A stretch of DNA of 64,000 nucleotides, taken from Methanocaldococcus sp. 16A. GTDB lineage: Archaea > AGJL01 > Methanococci > Methanococcales > Methanocaldococcaceae. The position numbers and the translations under genes are program-made. The DNA lies in NCBI GenBank assembly GCA_049860595.1, contig CP187551.1. One strand, 5' to 3'. Below are positions 1 through 9,938 of the stretch, piece after piece. Position 1 is the stretch's first letter; each line of letters begins with the position of its first letter. Under the pieces are notes generated by a model, which saw only the letters and a program-made list of their open reading frames with translations, was not told the DNA's origin and ran no database searches.

Positions 1-189
1 GTTTGGGTTTATCCAAAAAATCCAGACTCAATTGCTTGGGGTGTTGATAGGGTTTTATCAGATTTTAGTTTTAGAGAGTATATAGTTAATAATGCCAAAA
101 AAGATGTCTATGAAAAATATAACTGGGACAATATAGCTAAAGAGACAATAAATGTTTATAAAATAGCTATGGAAATGATGGGAAAATAA
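1..189 (+). CDS. 3' end of GT4-family glycosyltransferase (glycogen cluster), partial
   Basis: Frame 1 reads VWVYPKNPDSIAWGVDRVL...YNWDNIAKETINVY...MMGK*, a typical GT-B C-terminus, directly upstream of GH15/GH57 genes. Confidence 0.75.
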   Translation, partial: VWVYPKNPDSIAWGVDRVLSDFSFREYIVNNAKKDVYEKYNWDNIAKETINVYKIAMEMMGK

Positions 190-202
190 CCAAGGTGATA
201 AA

Positions 203-415
203 ATGCAAGATATGTGGGGAAAAATTGGTGAAACTGCTGGAAGAATCTACCATTTATTAGAAAAAGGGGAAAAGAGCTTATCTCAAATAGAAAAAACTCT
301 TAAAAAAGAAGGTTATAATTCCAATATTGTGAAAATGGCTATTGGATGGTTAGCAAGAGAAGACAAAATATCTATATTGAAAGATGAGAAAAAGTGGGTT
401 ATTAAACTGAAATAA
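203..415 (+). CDS. Small winged-helix protein (DUF2582-like)
   Basis: 70 aa with IGETAGRIY...MAIGWLAREDKI signature; GGTGA RBS. Confidence 0.8.
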   Translation: MQDMWGKIGETAGRIYHLLEKGEKSLSQIEKTLKKEGYNSNIVKMAIGWLAREDKISILKDEKKWVIKLK

Positions 416-440
416 AAACCTTAACTTTATTTTTAATAGC

Positions 441-2288
441 GTGATTTATATGAGTGGAGTTGTTGGAAATAACAGTTTATTAGCTAAAATTGGAGATTAT
501 GGAGAAATTAGCTACATTTTTTATCCACATGTGGGTTATGAAACTCACTTCTTTGACTCTGCATTAGCCATTTATGATAAAAAGGTAAAATGGCATTGGG
601 ATGATGATTGGGACATATCTCAAAAATATATTGAAGGCACGAATATATTCAAAACCATATTAGAAGATGATAAAATTATATTGACAATTAAAGACTTTGT
701 TCCTGTTTCTCATAATGTAATCATTAGAAGATTACATATAAAAAATAAACTTGATAAAAAATTGAATTTTAAATTATTTTTTTATGAAAGTTTGAGAATT
801 GGTGAAAATCCTTCAGAAAATACTGTAAGATTTTTAGAAGATGGATGTATTGTTAAGTATGATGAAAAATACGTTTTTTGTATAGGAAGTGATAAAAAGA
901 TAGATTCATTCCAGTGTGGAAATAGATACAGCAAAAATAGTGCATATATAGATATTGAAAATGGAATACTAATGGAGCATAAAGAAAGCTATGGATTAAT
1001 GACTGATAGTGCCATATCGTGGAATATAGAAATTGATGAGAAAAGAAGTTTGGCATTCAACATCTATATTCTTCCACAAAAATTTGATGGAAACTTTGAG
1101 ATAATTACTGAACAACTAAAGATTATAATGAACAACAATGAGCATATTAAAAATCTCTCAATGAATTATTGGAAAAATATTATAGGAGACATAAAAAGAT
1201 TTATTCATCCTGAATTTAGCTCAAATAAAGATATTCTTTCTATAGCCAAAAGGGCATTAATGACTCTCTTAATGTTATGTGATAAAAATGGGGGAATTAT
1301 TGCTGCTCCTTCTTTGCATCCCGATTATAGGTACGTATGGGGGAGAGATGGAAGTTACATAGCAATTGCATTAGATTTATTTGGAATTAGAGGAATTCCA
1401 GTAAGATTTTTTGAATTCATGACTAAAATTCAAAATGCTGATGGTTCATGGCTACAAAACTATTATGTTAATGGAAAACCAAGATTAACTGCTATGCAAA
1501 TAGACCAAGTAGGCTCTGTGTTGTGGGCTATGGATGTGCATTATAGATTAAGTGGAGATAGAAAATTTGTTAAGAGATACTGGGATACTATTGAAAAGGC
1601 TGGAAATTATTTAAATTTGGCTGCTTTAAACTTCACGCCATGCTTTGATTTATGGGAAGAAAAATTTGGAGTTTTTGCATATACGATGGGAGCTATCTAC
1701 GCTGGGTTGAAATGTGCTTATAGCATGAGTAAGGCTGTTGATAAAATAGATAAAGTTAAACATTGGGAAAAGACACTTGAATTCTTAAAATCAGAAACTT
1801 CAAAGAGATTTTATTTAGAAGAGGAAGGTAGATTTATTAAATCAATAAATCCATTAAATAGGGAGATAGATACAAGCATTTTGGGTTTAAGTTATCCTTT
1901 CAATTTAATTGATATTGATGATGAAAGGATGATAAAAACAGCTAATGCTATTGAAAAGGCATTTAAATACAAAGTGGGGGGAATTGGGAGGTATCCAGGA
2001 GATATATACTTTGGAGGTAATCCATGGATTATAACCACACTGTGGCTTTCTCTATATTATAGAAAGTTATCTAAAGTTTTAAAAGAGAAAAATGATGATA
2101 GGGCAGATATATATTTACAAAAATCTAAAAAATTATTTGATTGGGCAGTTAAATATAGTTTTAATGGTTTGTTTCCAGAACAGATACATAAGGACCTCGG
2201 TATTCCAATGTCTGCAATGCCTCTGGGATGGAGCAATGCAATGTTTCTTATCTATATATATGAAAATGATGATATTATAATACCATAA
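441..2288 (+). CDS. Glucoamylase, glycoside hydrolase family 15
   Basis: YRYVWGRDG, DLWEE, FPEQI and PLGWSNA motifs. Confidence 0.92.
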   Translation: MIYMSGVVGNNSLLAKIGDYGEISYIFYPHVGYETHFFDSALAIYDKKVKWHWDDDWDISQKYIEGTNIFKTILEDDKIILTIKDFVPVSHNVIIRRLHIKNKLDKKLNFKLFFYESLRIGENPSENTVRFLEDGCIVKYDEKYVFCIGSDKKIDSFQCGNRYSKNSAYIDIENGILMEHKESYGLMTDSAISWNIEIDEKRSLAFNIYILPQKFDGNFEIITEQLKIIMNNNEHIKNLSMNYWKNIIGDIKRFIHPEFSSNKDILSIAKRALMTLLMLCDKNGGIIAAPSLHPDYRYVWGRDGSYIAIALDLFGIRGIPVRFFEFMTKIQNADGSWLQNYYVNGKPRLTAMQIDQVGSVLWAMDVHYRLSGDRKFVKRYWDTIEKAGNYLNLAALNFTPCFDLWEEKFGVFAYTMGAIYAGLKCAYSMSKAVDKIDKVKHWEKTLEFLKSETSKRFYLEEEGRFIKSINPLNREIDTSILGLSYPFNLIDIDDERMIKTANAIEKAFKYKVGGIGRYPGDIYFGGNPWIITTLWLSLYYRKLSKVLKEKNDDRADIYLQKSKKLFDWAVKYSFNGLFPEQIHKDLGIPMSAMPLGWSNAMFLIYIYENDDIIIP

Positions 2289-2319
2289 AAATATATGCAA
2301 AATTTTGTGATGTGATAGC

Positions 2320-3744
2320 ATGTTAATAACATTTAATTTTGAAGTTCATCAGCCACATAGATTAAATAAAGATATTAACATGAAAAGAACATTATGGGAA
2401 AAATATGTGGATACAAAATTAAATAAAGAAATTTTTAATAAGGTTGCTAATAAATGCTACATTCCAGCAAATGAACTAATGTTAGAGCTTATTGATGAAT
2501 ATGATTTTAAAGTAAATTATTCAATTACAGGAATTTTTATAGAACAGGCACTAGAATTTAATGATTACGTGTTAGATTTATTCAAAGATTTGGTAAAAAC
2601 TGGAAATGTAGAACTTATTGCTGAAACTTATCATCACTCATTATCAAGTTTGTTTGAAAGTGAAGAAGAGTTTATTGAAGATATTGAGATGCATAGGAAA
2701 CTATACAAAGATGTGTTTAGTTTTAAAGCTAAGGTATTTAGAAATACTGAGCTAATATACAATAATAGAATCGCAAAAATAGCTAAAGATTTAGGTTTTA
2801 AAGCTATATTTACAGAGGGAATAGAAAAAATTTTGGGTTGGAGAAGTCCAAACTATTTATATCAATCGCCAGATGGTATGAAGATTTTGCTGAGGAATTA
2901 TAGGTTGAGTGATGATATTGGTTTTAGATTTTCAGCAAGAGATTGGAATGAATATCCATTAACGGCTGATAAATATGCTACATGGTTAGCATCAACACCT
3001 GGGGAAGTTATAAACATTTATATGGACTATGAGACATTTGGAGAGCATCACTGGAAAGAAACTGGGATATTTGAATTTTTAAGATATTTGCCTATAGAGA
3101 TAGCTAAGCATGAGCATTTAGAGGTTGTTAATGTTAGTGAAGTTGTTGAGAGATTAAAGCCGAGAGGAGAAATTTATGTGCATGAATTCTCTACAATATC
3201 TTGGGCAGATACTGAAAGAGATGTAAGTGCATGGTTAGGAAATAAGATGCAGAGGATATCTTTTGAAAAATTAAAGGATATTGGAAAATTTATAAAAGAA
3301 AATAAAAATAAATTAAAGAAATTAGGAAAATTTGATGAAATTTATAAGATATACAAAGTTCTACAAACAAGTGACAACTTCTATTATCAATGCACTAAAG
3401 GTTTTGGAGACATGGATGTTCATAATTATTTCAGTCACTTTGACATACCTTTTGATGCGTATGCAAGTTATTTAAACATTTTATATGATTTTGAATATCA
3501 TATAAAGGAAATGTTAATTAAATTAGAAATTAACAAAGAAGGTATTGACAAAAACACCAATACCAACAATCAGAAAGAAAAAGATACAAAAAATATAACT
3601 GAAGAAAATTCAATAAAACCATCCATCATAATAGCAAACGATGATATAAAGGATACAGAAAGTATTTATAACCAAGATAAAAAAGAAGATAAAGATAAAA
3701 ATGATAAAAAACATGATGCATTTGGAGGATTTATAATTGTGTGA
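2320..3744 (+). CDS. Alpha-amylase, glycoside hydrolase family 57
   Basis: EVHQP, ETYHHSL, FRNTEL, YMDYETFGEH, SWAD motifs; low-complexity charged C-terminal tail. Confidence 0.92.
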   Translation: MLITFNFEVHQPHRLNKDINMKRTLWEKYVDTKLNKEIFNKVANKCYIPANELMLELIDEYDFKVNYSITGIFIEQALEFNDYVLDLFKDLVKTGNVELIAETYHHSLSSLFESEEEFIEDIEMHRKLYKDVFSFKAKVFRNTELIYNNRIAKIAKDLGFKAIFTEGIEKILGWRSPNYLYQSPDGMKILLRNYRLSDDIGFRFSARDWNEYPLTADKYATWLASTPGEVINIYMDYETFGEHHWKETGIFEFLRYLPIEIAKHEHLEVVNVSEVVERLKPRGEIYVHEFSTISWADTERDVSAWLGNKMQRISFEKLKDIGKFIKENKNKLKKLGKFDEIYKIYKVLQTSDNFYYQCTKGFGDMDVHNYFSHFDIPFDAYASYLNILYDFEYHIKEMLIKLEINKEGIDKNTNTNNQKEKDTKNITEENSIKPSIIIANDDIKDTESIYNQDKKEDKDKNDKKHDAFGGFIIV

Positions 3745-4985
3745 GGGAGAGAATGAAAGGAAAGTGTGTTATATTTATTATAGATGGGTTAGGAGATAGA
3801 CCAAACGAGAGAGGATTAACTCCTTTAAAAGAGGCGAAGACTCCAACAATGGATAGAATTGCTAAAGAAGGAATTTGTGGATTAATGAATGCCATAGATA
3901 TTGGTGTAAGACCGGGAAGTGATACAGCTCACTTAGCTATTTTGGGCTACAATCCTTACGAGGTTTATACTGGTAGGGGGCCATTAGAAGCTTATGGTGT
4001 TGGTTTAGATTTAAAAGAAGGAGATGTAGCATTTAGATGTAATTTTGCTACTGTTGATGAGAACTTTGTTGTTTTAGATAGAAGAGCTGGAAGAATAAGT
4101 CCAGAAGAAGCTAAAGAGTTAGAAAAGGAGATTGATGGTTTAGAGATTGATGGAGTTAAAATTATTTTTAAATCTTCAAAAGGATATAGAGGAGCTTTAG
4201 TTTTGAGAGGAGAAGGTTTGTCATGCAGAGTTAGTGATGGAGACCCGCATGAAGAAGGAGTTAAAGTTAGCGAGATAAAGCCATTAGATGATTCAGAAGA
4301 AGCGAAAAGAACTGCTAACATCTTAAACAAATTATTAAAAATTGTTTATGAAAAACTAAATAATCATCCTATAAATGAAGAAAGAAGGAAAAAAGGATTA
4401 CCACCAGCTAACATGATATTACCAAGAGGTGCCGGAGTAGTTCCAAAGATAGAGAAGTTCTCTAAAAGATACAATATGAGAGGAGCTTGCATCTGTGGAA
4501 CTGGACTAATAAAAGGGATGGCTAAAATGATTGGTTTAGATGTTATAGAAGTTGAAGGAGCTACAGGAACACCAAAAACAAACTTTATGGGCAAAGCAAA
4601 GGCATTGATTGAAGCATTAAAAGAATATGATTTCGTCTTAGTGAATGTTAAAGGAGCTGATGAAGCAAGCCATGATGGCAAATATGAACTTAAAAAAGAG
4701 GTTTTAGAAAAAATAGATGAGATGCTTTCCTATGTATTTGAGCATATTAACAAAGATGATGTTTACTTTGTATTAACTGGAGACCATTCAACACCAATAG
4801 AGGTAAAAGACCACTCAGCAGACCCAGTTCCAATAGTTATTTGGGGAAAGAGTGTTAGAGTTGATGATGTTACAGAATTTAATGAATTCAGCTGTGCAAA
4901 AGGAGCTTTGCATTGGATTAAAGGAGAGCATGTAATGAAGATTTTATTAGATTTAACTGGAAGAAATGAGAAATTTGGTGCATAA
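3741..4985 (+). CDS. apgM: Cofactor-independent phosphoglycerate mutase, archaeal type
   Basis: IIDGLGDRP, PGSDTAHL (catalytic Ser), DEASHDG, TGDHSTP. Confidence 0.92.
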   Translation: MRERMKGKCVIFIIDGLGDRPNERGLTPLKEAKTPTMDRIAKEGICGLMNAIDIGVRPGSDTAHLAILGYNPYEVYTGRGPLEAYGVGLDLKEGDVAFRCNFATVDENFVVLDRRAGRISPEEAKELEKEIDGLEIDGVKIIFKSSKGYRGALVLRGEGLSCRVSDGDPHEEGVKVSEIKPLDDSEEAKRTANILNKLLKIVYEKLNNHPINEERRKKGLPPANMILPRGAGVVPKIEKFSKRYNMRGACICGTGLIKGMAKMIGLDVIEVEGATGTPKTNFMGKAKALIEALKEYDFVLVNVKGADEASHDGKYELKKEVLEKIDEMLSYVFEHINKDDVYFVLTGDHSTPIEVKDHSADPVPIVIWGKSVRVDDVTEFNEFSCAKGALHWIKGEHVMKILLDLTGRNEKFGA

Positions 4986-5048
4986 CTACTCTCTATGAGA
5001 GCTTTCTACATCTTAGAGAATATTAGAATAGATAATAGATAAAGTAGT

Positions 5049-5450
5049 TTATAATAAAATTTTACTTTCTCCATTTTTTAATAACAAAACGTTTCCTCCA
5101 AAAGCTCGTTTAAACAGCTCTGAATTTTCAGTATGCACTGGAATTATATAATCTGGGTCTATCCTCTTTATAATCTTCCCCAAATCCTCTTTTGAAACAT
5201 GTCCAGATGTGTGTAGAGTTTTATCAAAAATTGGTTTTCCATTCTCATCAACTTTAAAACCATGAATTTCAAAGTTAAAGTGTTTAACCCAATTACACAA
5301 TCTCAAAAAGCTGAACTCTTGTTCTTCTCCAAATGCTTCACTTGAAGAGTAAATATAAACTCCTCCATTTGGATTAATAATCTAATAAATGAGGCATGTC
5401 ATAGAATGAAAAGCAAAGAATATAGCTTTCTTGATTGTTTCTAATATCAA
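5049..5450 (-). pseudogene. C-terminal fragment of MBL-fold (RNase J-like) hydrolase
   Basis: Reads DIRNNQESYILCFSFYDMPHLLD, a frameshift near 5379, then INPNGGVYIYSSSEAF...LHTSGH...IIPVHTE; N-terminal metallo-beta-lactamase core missing. Confidence 0.7.
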
Positions 5451-6196
5451 ATGGTAAATGATATTGAAAAAATTAGAGGAGGAGTTCATATAGCAGTTCA
5501 AGGATATGAAGTAGATAGAATTACTGAAATTCCAATATTAAGAAGAGCTGAGAAGGTTTATTTAATATGTATGCCTGAAAACATAGATTCTGAATTATGT
5601 AATTCCTAAAAAACTCTTAGATGATTTATCTGATAAAGAGAAAGAAGAGCTAAAAAAAAGAATATTTACATAAATATAATTGTTCATATCTTCCAAGAAG
5701 TTTTGGACTTAATGAAGTTAAGATAATTTATCCTTTTGAAGTAACTTTACCAAGAGAAGAGTTATTAATATTCTTAAAATTTATTGGAAGAGCAGAGAAT
5801 AGGGGTTTAACTATAAAAGAGCTTAGCATTCTAACAAAAGAGGAATTCTTAAATGTAGATTTAAATAATGAAGAAAGTATAAAGAAGTTGATAGAATCCA
5901 CAGAAGATAGTACATCTATTAGTAAGAATAAGTTAGAGAATATGAAAAATACTATTATGAAATTAAAAGAACTTGTTGGTAGTGATATTGAAGATTTAAA
6001 AAAGATTATCAATTGGAGAAAAATTAGTAAAAGTTCAAATAAATCATCAAAACATAATAATTTAGTTTGGATTAATAAAAATGTTGTTGAAAAATTATTA
6101 GAACTTGAATTAATTGAAAAACCTGAAAAAATAGGTAGGTCAAAATATGTAAAAATTAGTGAAAAAGGAAAAATATTATTAAACTATGTTGGATAA
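5451..6196 (+). pseudogene. Decayed DUF6293/CARF-like plus winged-helix regulator
   Basis: ATG 5451 MVNDIEKIRGGVHIAVQGYEVDRI...AEKVYLI, then stops and an apparent internal deletion, YVIPK remnant, then continuous frame LPRSFG...wHTH (LLELELIE...GRSKYVKISEKG). Confidence 0.6.
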
Positions 6197-6207
6197 GTGG
6201 TGGAATT

Positions 6208-7425
6208 ATGTATCTAACTAAAGAAGAAGAGAAAATATTAGATGGAGAGTATGGAGAGGCTTTAAGAAGATGTATGAATTTGTTAGTGTCTTTGGGAGAC
6301 ATTTATGGAGCTGAAAAATTAATTCCAATAAACTCAGCTCAAATTTCAGGAGTTTCATACAAAACCATTGGAGATATTGGATTAGAATTTTTAGAAGATT
6401 TTGCTAAAGAAAATGTTAAAGTTAAAGTTCATTCTACTCTAAATCCTGCTGGAATGGATTTAGATATATGGAAAGAGCTTAGAATAGAAGAGGAATTTGC
6501 CAAAAAGCAGTTAAAAATAATAGAGGCATTTAAAAAAATGGGAGTTGAAATTGGATGTACTTGCACACCTTACTTAGTTGGAAATCTTCCAAAATTTGGA
6601 GAGCATATAAGTTGGGCTGAAAGTTCAGCTGTGAGTTTTGCAAACTCTGTTTTAGGAGCTAAGACAAATAGAGAAGGAGGACCGTCTGCATTAGCATCAG
6701 CAATAATTGGAAAAACACCATATTATGGCTATCACTTAGATGAAAATAGAAAAGCAACACATATCATTGAATTAGATAATCAATTAATATCTAACTTTAA
6801 ATTTGGAGAGAGTTTTTATGGAGCTTTAGGTTATTTAGTTGGAAAGATTGTAAAAAATGGAGTGCCATATTTTGAAAATCTATATAAATTGCTTCCAAAT
6901 AATGATGATTTAAAATCTTTAGGGGCTGCAATGGCGGCAAGTGGAGGAGTAGCTTTATATCATGCAAAACATTTAACAGCTGAGTGTAAGGTTAAGGAAG
7001 TTATTGATGATAAAGTTGAGAAAATATCTATTGGAGTTGATGAGATAATTGAAGCTTATGAAAAATTAAATACAACAAATGAAGAACCAGATTTAATCTG
7101 TGTTGGCTGTCCTCACTGCAGTTTAATGGAAATTAAAAAAATAGCAGAGATTTTAAAAGATAAAAAATTAGATGCTGATTTATGGGTTTGTTGCTCTTTA
7201 CATATTAAAGCAATAGCAGATAGAATGGGATATTCTAAAATCATTGAAAAAGCTGGAGGAAAAATAATTAAAGATACTTGTATGGTAGTTTCACCAATAG
7301 AAGATTTAGGATATAAAAAAGTAGCAACAAATTCAGGTAAAGCAGCAGTATATTTGCCTAATTTTTGTAAAAGTGAGGTAATTTTTGGAGATATTGTTGA
7401 GATAGTTAAAAATAATGTAAAATAA
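6208..7425 (+). CDS. Aconitase X catalytic subunit (phosphomevalonate dehydratase large subunit family)
   Basis: CTCTPY, WAESSAV, GCPHCS, DTCMVVSP motifs. Confidence 0.88.
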   Translation: MYLTKEEEKILDGEYGEALRRCMNLLVSLGDIYGAEKLIPINSAQISGVSYKTIGDIGLEFLEDFAKENVKVKVHSTLNPAGMDLDIWKELRIEEEFAKKQLKIIEAFKKMGVEIGCTCTPYLVGNLPKFGEHISWAESSAVSFANSVLGAKTNREGGPSALASAIIGKTPYYGYHLDENRKATHIIELDNQLISNFKFGESFYGALGYLVGKIVKNGVPYFENLYKLLPNNDDLKSLGAAMAASGGVALYHAKHLTAECKVKEVIDDKVEKISIGVDEIIEAYEKLNTTNEEPDLICVGCPHCSLMEIKKIAEILKDKKLDADLWVCCSLHIKAIADRMGYSKIIEKAGGKIIKDTCMVVSPIEDLGYKKVATNSGKAAVYLPNFCKSEVIFGDIVEIVKNNVK

Positions 7426-7503
7426 TTAAAAATAAGTGAGAATAGTAAAAAAATTAGGGAATATACTTGTATAGAGATTCGCCCTCTCTATGGAGTGGAG
7501 ATA

Positions 7504-7527
7504 ATGCTAAATCCAATAATTTTATTT
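7504..7527 (+). pseudogene. Orphan recoded copy of first 8 codons of cbiB (MLNPIILF) with its own RBS
   Basis: ATGCTAAATCCAATAATTTTATTT vs ATGTTAAATCCGATAATTCTATTT at 7587; 3 differences, all synonymous. Confidence 0.75.
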
Positions 7528-7555
7528 GAACCTTTTAAAAAAAGGTTCATCAAAA
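7527..7555 (-). repeat. Palindromic repeat TTTTGATGAACCTTTTTTTAAAAGGTTCA
   Basis: 10-bp stem with 3-nt loop; same family as 27900-27928, with a compensatory change. Confidence 0.8.
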
Positions 7556-7586
7556 TCACCTTAGATAGTTTTATAAGTGTGAAATT

Positions 7587-8510
7587 ATGTTAAATCCGAT
7601 AATTCTATTTTTAACTGTTATCTTTGATAGAATTATTGGAGAACTGCCAGAGAAAATTCATCCAACGGTTTGGATAGGGAATTTAATAGCTTTTTTAGAG
7701 AATATATTTAAATCTACAAATTGTAAAAATATATATAGAGATTTTTTATTTGGCATCTTAACTACAACTATAACAATAGGAGTTGTAGGAATTATATCAA
7801 TTTTTTTAGAAAAATTTATCTTATTATTGCCATTTCCTTTAAATTATCTTATCTATGCCTTTGTTTTATCAACAACCATTGGATACAAATCATTATTTGA
7901 GTTCTGCAGAAAGCCAATTGAATATATTAAAAATAAAGATATAGAGAAAGCGAGGGAAGCTGTTCAACACATTGTTAGCAGAGATGCATCAAAATTGGAT
8001 GAAGAGCATATACTATCAGCAGCAGTAGAGAGTTTGTCTGAAAACATAACTGATAGCATAATAGGGGCTTTATTCTATGCTATTATTTTTGGATTGCCTG
8101 GAGCTTTTGTATATAGAGCAATAAATACCTTAGATGCAATGATTGGCTATAAAAATGAAAAATATTTATGGTATGGAAAATTAGCAGCAAGATTAGATGA
8201 TATTGTCAATTTTATTCCATCAAGGATAGCGGGGATTTTGCTAATTATTGCTTCCCCATTTTATAAAGGAAATATCAAGAGAGCAATATATGGATTTTTA
8301 GAGGAAGCTAATAGAGTACCTTCACCAAATTCTGGATATACAATGGCTACATTAGCAAATGCTTTAAATATAACATTAGAAAAGATTGGATATTATAAAC
8401 TTGGTAGTGGAAAGATAGATGTTAAAAAATCTTTAAATGCATTTAAGGCCGTTGATTGTGTAGTAATTATATTTTTAATAATTTACAGTTTAATCTGGTG
8501 GGTATTATGA
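7587..8510 (+). CDS. cbiB: Adenosylcobinamide-phosphate synthase
   Basis: HPTVWIG, IVSRD, ESLSENITD, YRAINTLDAMIGY, ARLDD, SPNSG. Confidence 0.93.
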   Translation: MLNPIILFLTVIFDRIIGELPEKIHPTVWIGNLIAFLENIFKSTNCKNIYRDFLFGILTTTITIGVVGIISIFLEKFILLLPFPLNYLIYAFVLSTTIGYKSLFEFCRKPIEYIKNKDIEKAREAVQHIVSRDASKLDEEHILSAAVESLSENITDSIIGALFYAIIFGLPGAFVYRAINTLDAMIGYKNEKYLWYGKLAARLDDIVNFIPSRIAGILLIIASPFYKGNIKRAIYGFLEEANRVPSPNSGYTMATLANALNITLEKIGYYKLGSGKIDVKKSLNAFKAVDCVVIIFLIIYSLIWWVL

Positions 8511-9580
8511 TGAACAAATCTCATTATCCATCAGAAGTTCCAGATGATAGATTTGAGGTTTTAAATAATCTTAAAGATTGTCAAAAGCCTATTAAAATTC
8601 TATTACTTGGAGGGGTTGATAGTGGCAAAACTACTCTAACTACTTTTTTAGCTAATGAACTTTTAAATTATGGCTTTAAAGTGTCTATAATTGATTGTGA
8701 TATTGGACAAAAAAGTATTTTACCTCCAGCAACTATAAGCTTATCATTTCCAGAAACAAATTTTAGCAATTTGTATGAAATTAAACCTTATAAAAGTTAT
8801 TTTGTTGGTTCAACAGCTCCAATTCAATTTTTTGGAGAGATGGTTGTAGGAACTAAGTTGCTGTGTGATTATGCCAAGGATAAGGCTGATGTTGTTATAG
8901 TTGATACCACTGGGTTGATATCAGGTTCTGGAGCTGATTTAAAGAGGATGAAAATAGAGATGATTAAGCCAGATATTATAATAGCATTGCAAAAAAGAAA
9001 TGAACTTAGACAGATATTAAAGCCCTTTGAAGATAAAATTAAGGTTTTTTACTTAAAAGTTTATGAAAATGCAAAATCATTTAGTAGGGAAGAGAGGAAA
9101 GAAATTAGAGCAGAAAAATGGAAAGAATACTTCAAAAACTCAAAAATTTATAATATTGGTTTTAATGATGTAGTTATTAGTGGAACTAAGATATTTCAAG
9201 GAGAGAAGATTTTGGAAGATGAAAAATACCTATTAGAATCACTTTTTAAATGGAAAATACTCTATGGAAGTAAATGTGAGGGAAGATATACAATAGTAAA
9301 AAGAGATTTGGTAAATATGCCAAGACAGGTTGATAAAAACATTCTATACTATATTGAGCCAGAAAGATTTAACAACTTAATAGTTGGATTGATTGATGAA
9401 GAGGGCTTTTGCATTGGATTGGGTATTTTAAAAGCTATTGATTTTGAGAATGAAACATTAGAGATTATATCACCAATAAATGAAGATGAAATTAAAAATC
9501 TTAAAGAAATAAGGTTTGGAAGAATAAAAGTTAATGAAAATGGGGAAGAACTTGGTTTATTAGATAGAGATTTAATATAG
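8507..9580 (+). CDS. Clp1-family polynucleotide 5'-hydroxyl kinase
   Basis: Walker A GGVDSGKTT, DCDIGQ, DTTG; ATG overlaps cbiB stop. Confidence 0.85.
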   Translation: MMNKSHYPSEVPDDRFEVLNNLKDCQKPIKILLLGGVDSGKTTLTTFLANELLNYGFKVSIIDCDIGQKSILPPATISLSFPETNFSNLYEIKPYKSYFVGSTAPIQFFGEMVVGTKLLCDYAKDKADVVIVDTTGLISGSGADLKRMKIEMIKPDIIIALQKRNELRQILKPFEDKIKVFYLKVYENAKSFSREERKEIRAEKWKEYFKNSKIYNIGFNDVVISGTKIFQGEKILEDEKYLLESLFKWKILYGSKCEGRYTIVKRDLVNMPRQVDKNILYYIEPERFNNLIVGLIDEEGFCIGLGILKAIDFENETLEIISPINEDEIKNLKEIRFGRIKVNENGEELGLLDRDLI

Positions 9581-9667
9581 GACTTTTGCAGTTTATATAA
9601 TTAATAAGAAACTTCGCATCTTTAGGTGTCTATATTCATATCAAAAATCATTCCTACGAAAGTCCTA
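9578..9667 (+). mobile_element. MITE copy 1 (TAGGACTTT..AAAGTCCTA family)
   Basis: Terminal inverted repeats; flanked by TAATA direct repeats; supplies the TAG stop of the Clp1 gene. Confidence 0.75.
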
Positions 9668-9695
9668 TAATATAATGTTTATAGATGTGAGATAT

Positions 9696-9938
9696 ATGCT
9701 TAAAGAATTATTAAATAAAATCTTTTGGCATCCTAAGTATAAAAAAGAAGATTTTGAAGTTATTATATTGCATAGAGGAGCTGAAGAAAATAAAAAAATC
9801 ATTCCTTTGGATGATGTTGAACTTAAAGGGAACTATCTGATATATTTTGATACCTATATTCCACTACATAGAATATTAGAGATTAGAAATAATAAGACTG
9901 GTGAAATTTTGTATAAGAAATTAGGTTTTCAAAAATAA
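9696..9938 (+). CDS. MJ1316-family (RNA cyclic-end recognition) protein
   Basis: LLNKIFWHP...HRGA...IPLHRI signature. Confidence 0.8.
   Translation: MLKELLNKIFWHPKYKKEDFEVIILHRGAEENKKIIPLDDVELKGNYLIYFDTYIPLHRILEIRNNKTGEILYKKLGFQK

Noticed and set aside
3540-3744. Low-complexity K/D/N-rich tail of the GH57 amylase as a separate element
   Set aside because: In frame, with no repeat unit or boundaries; probably a disordered extension.
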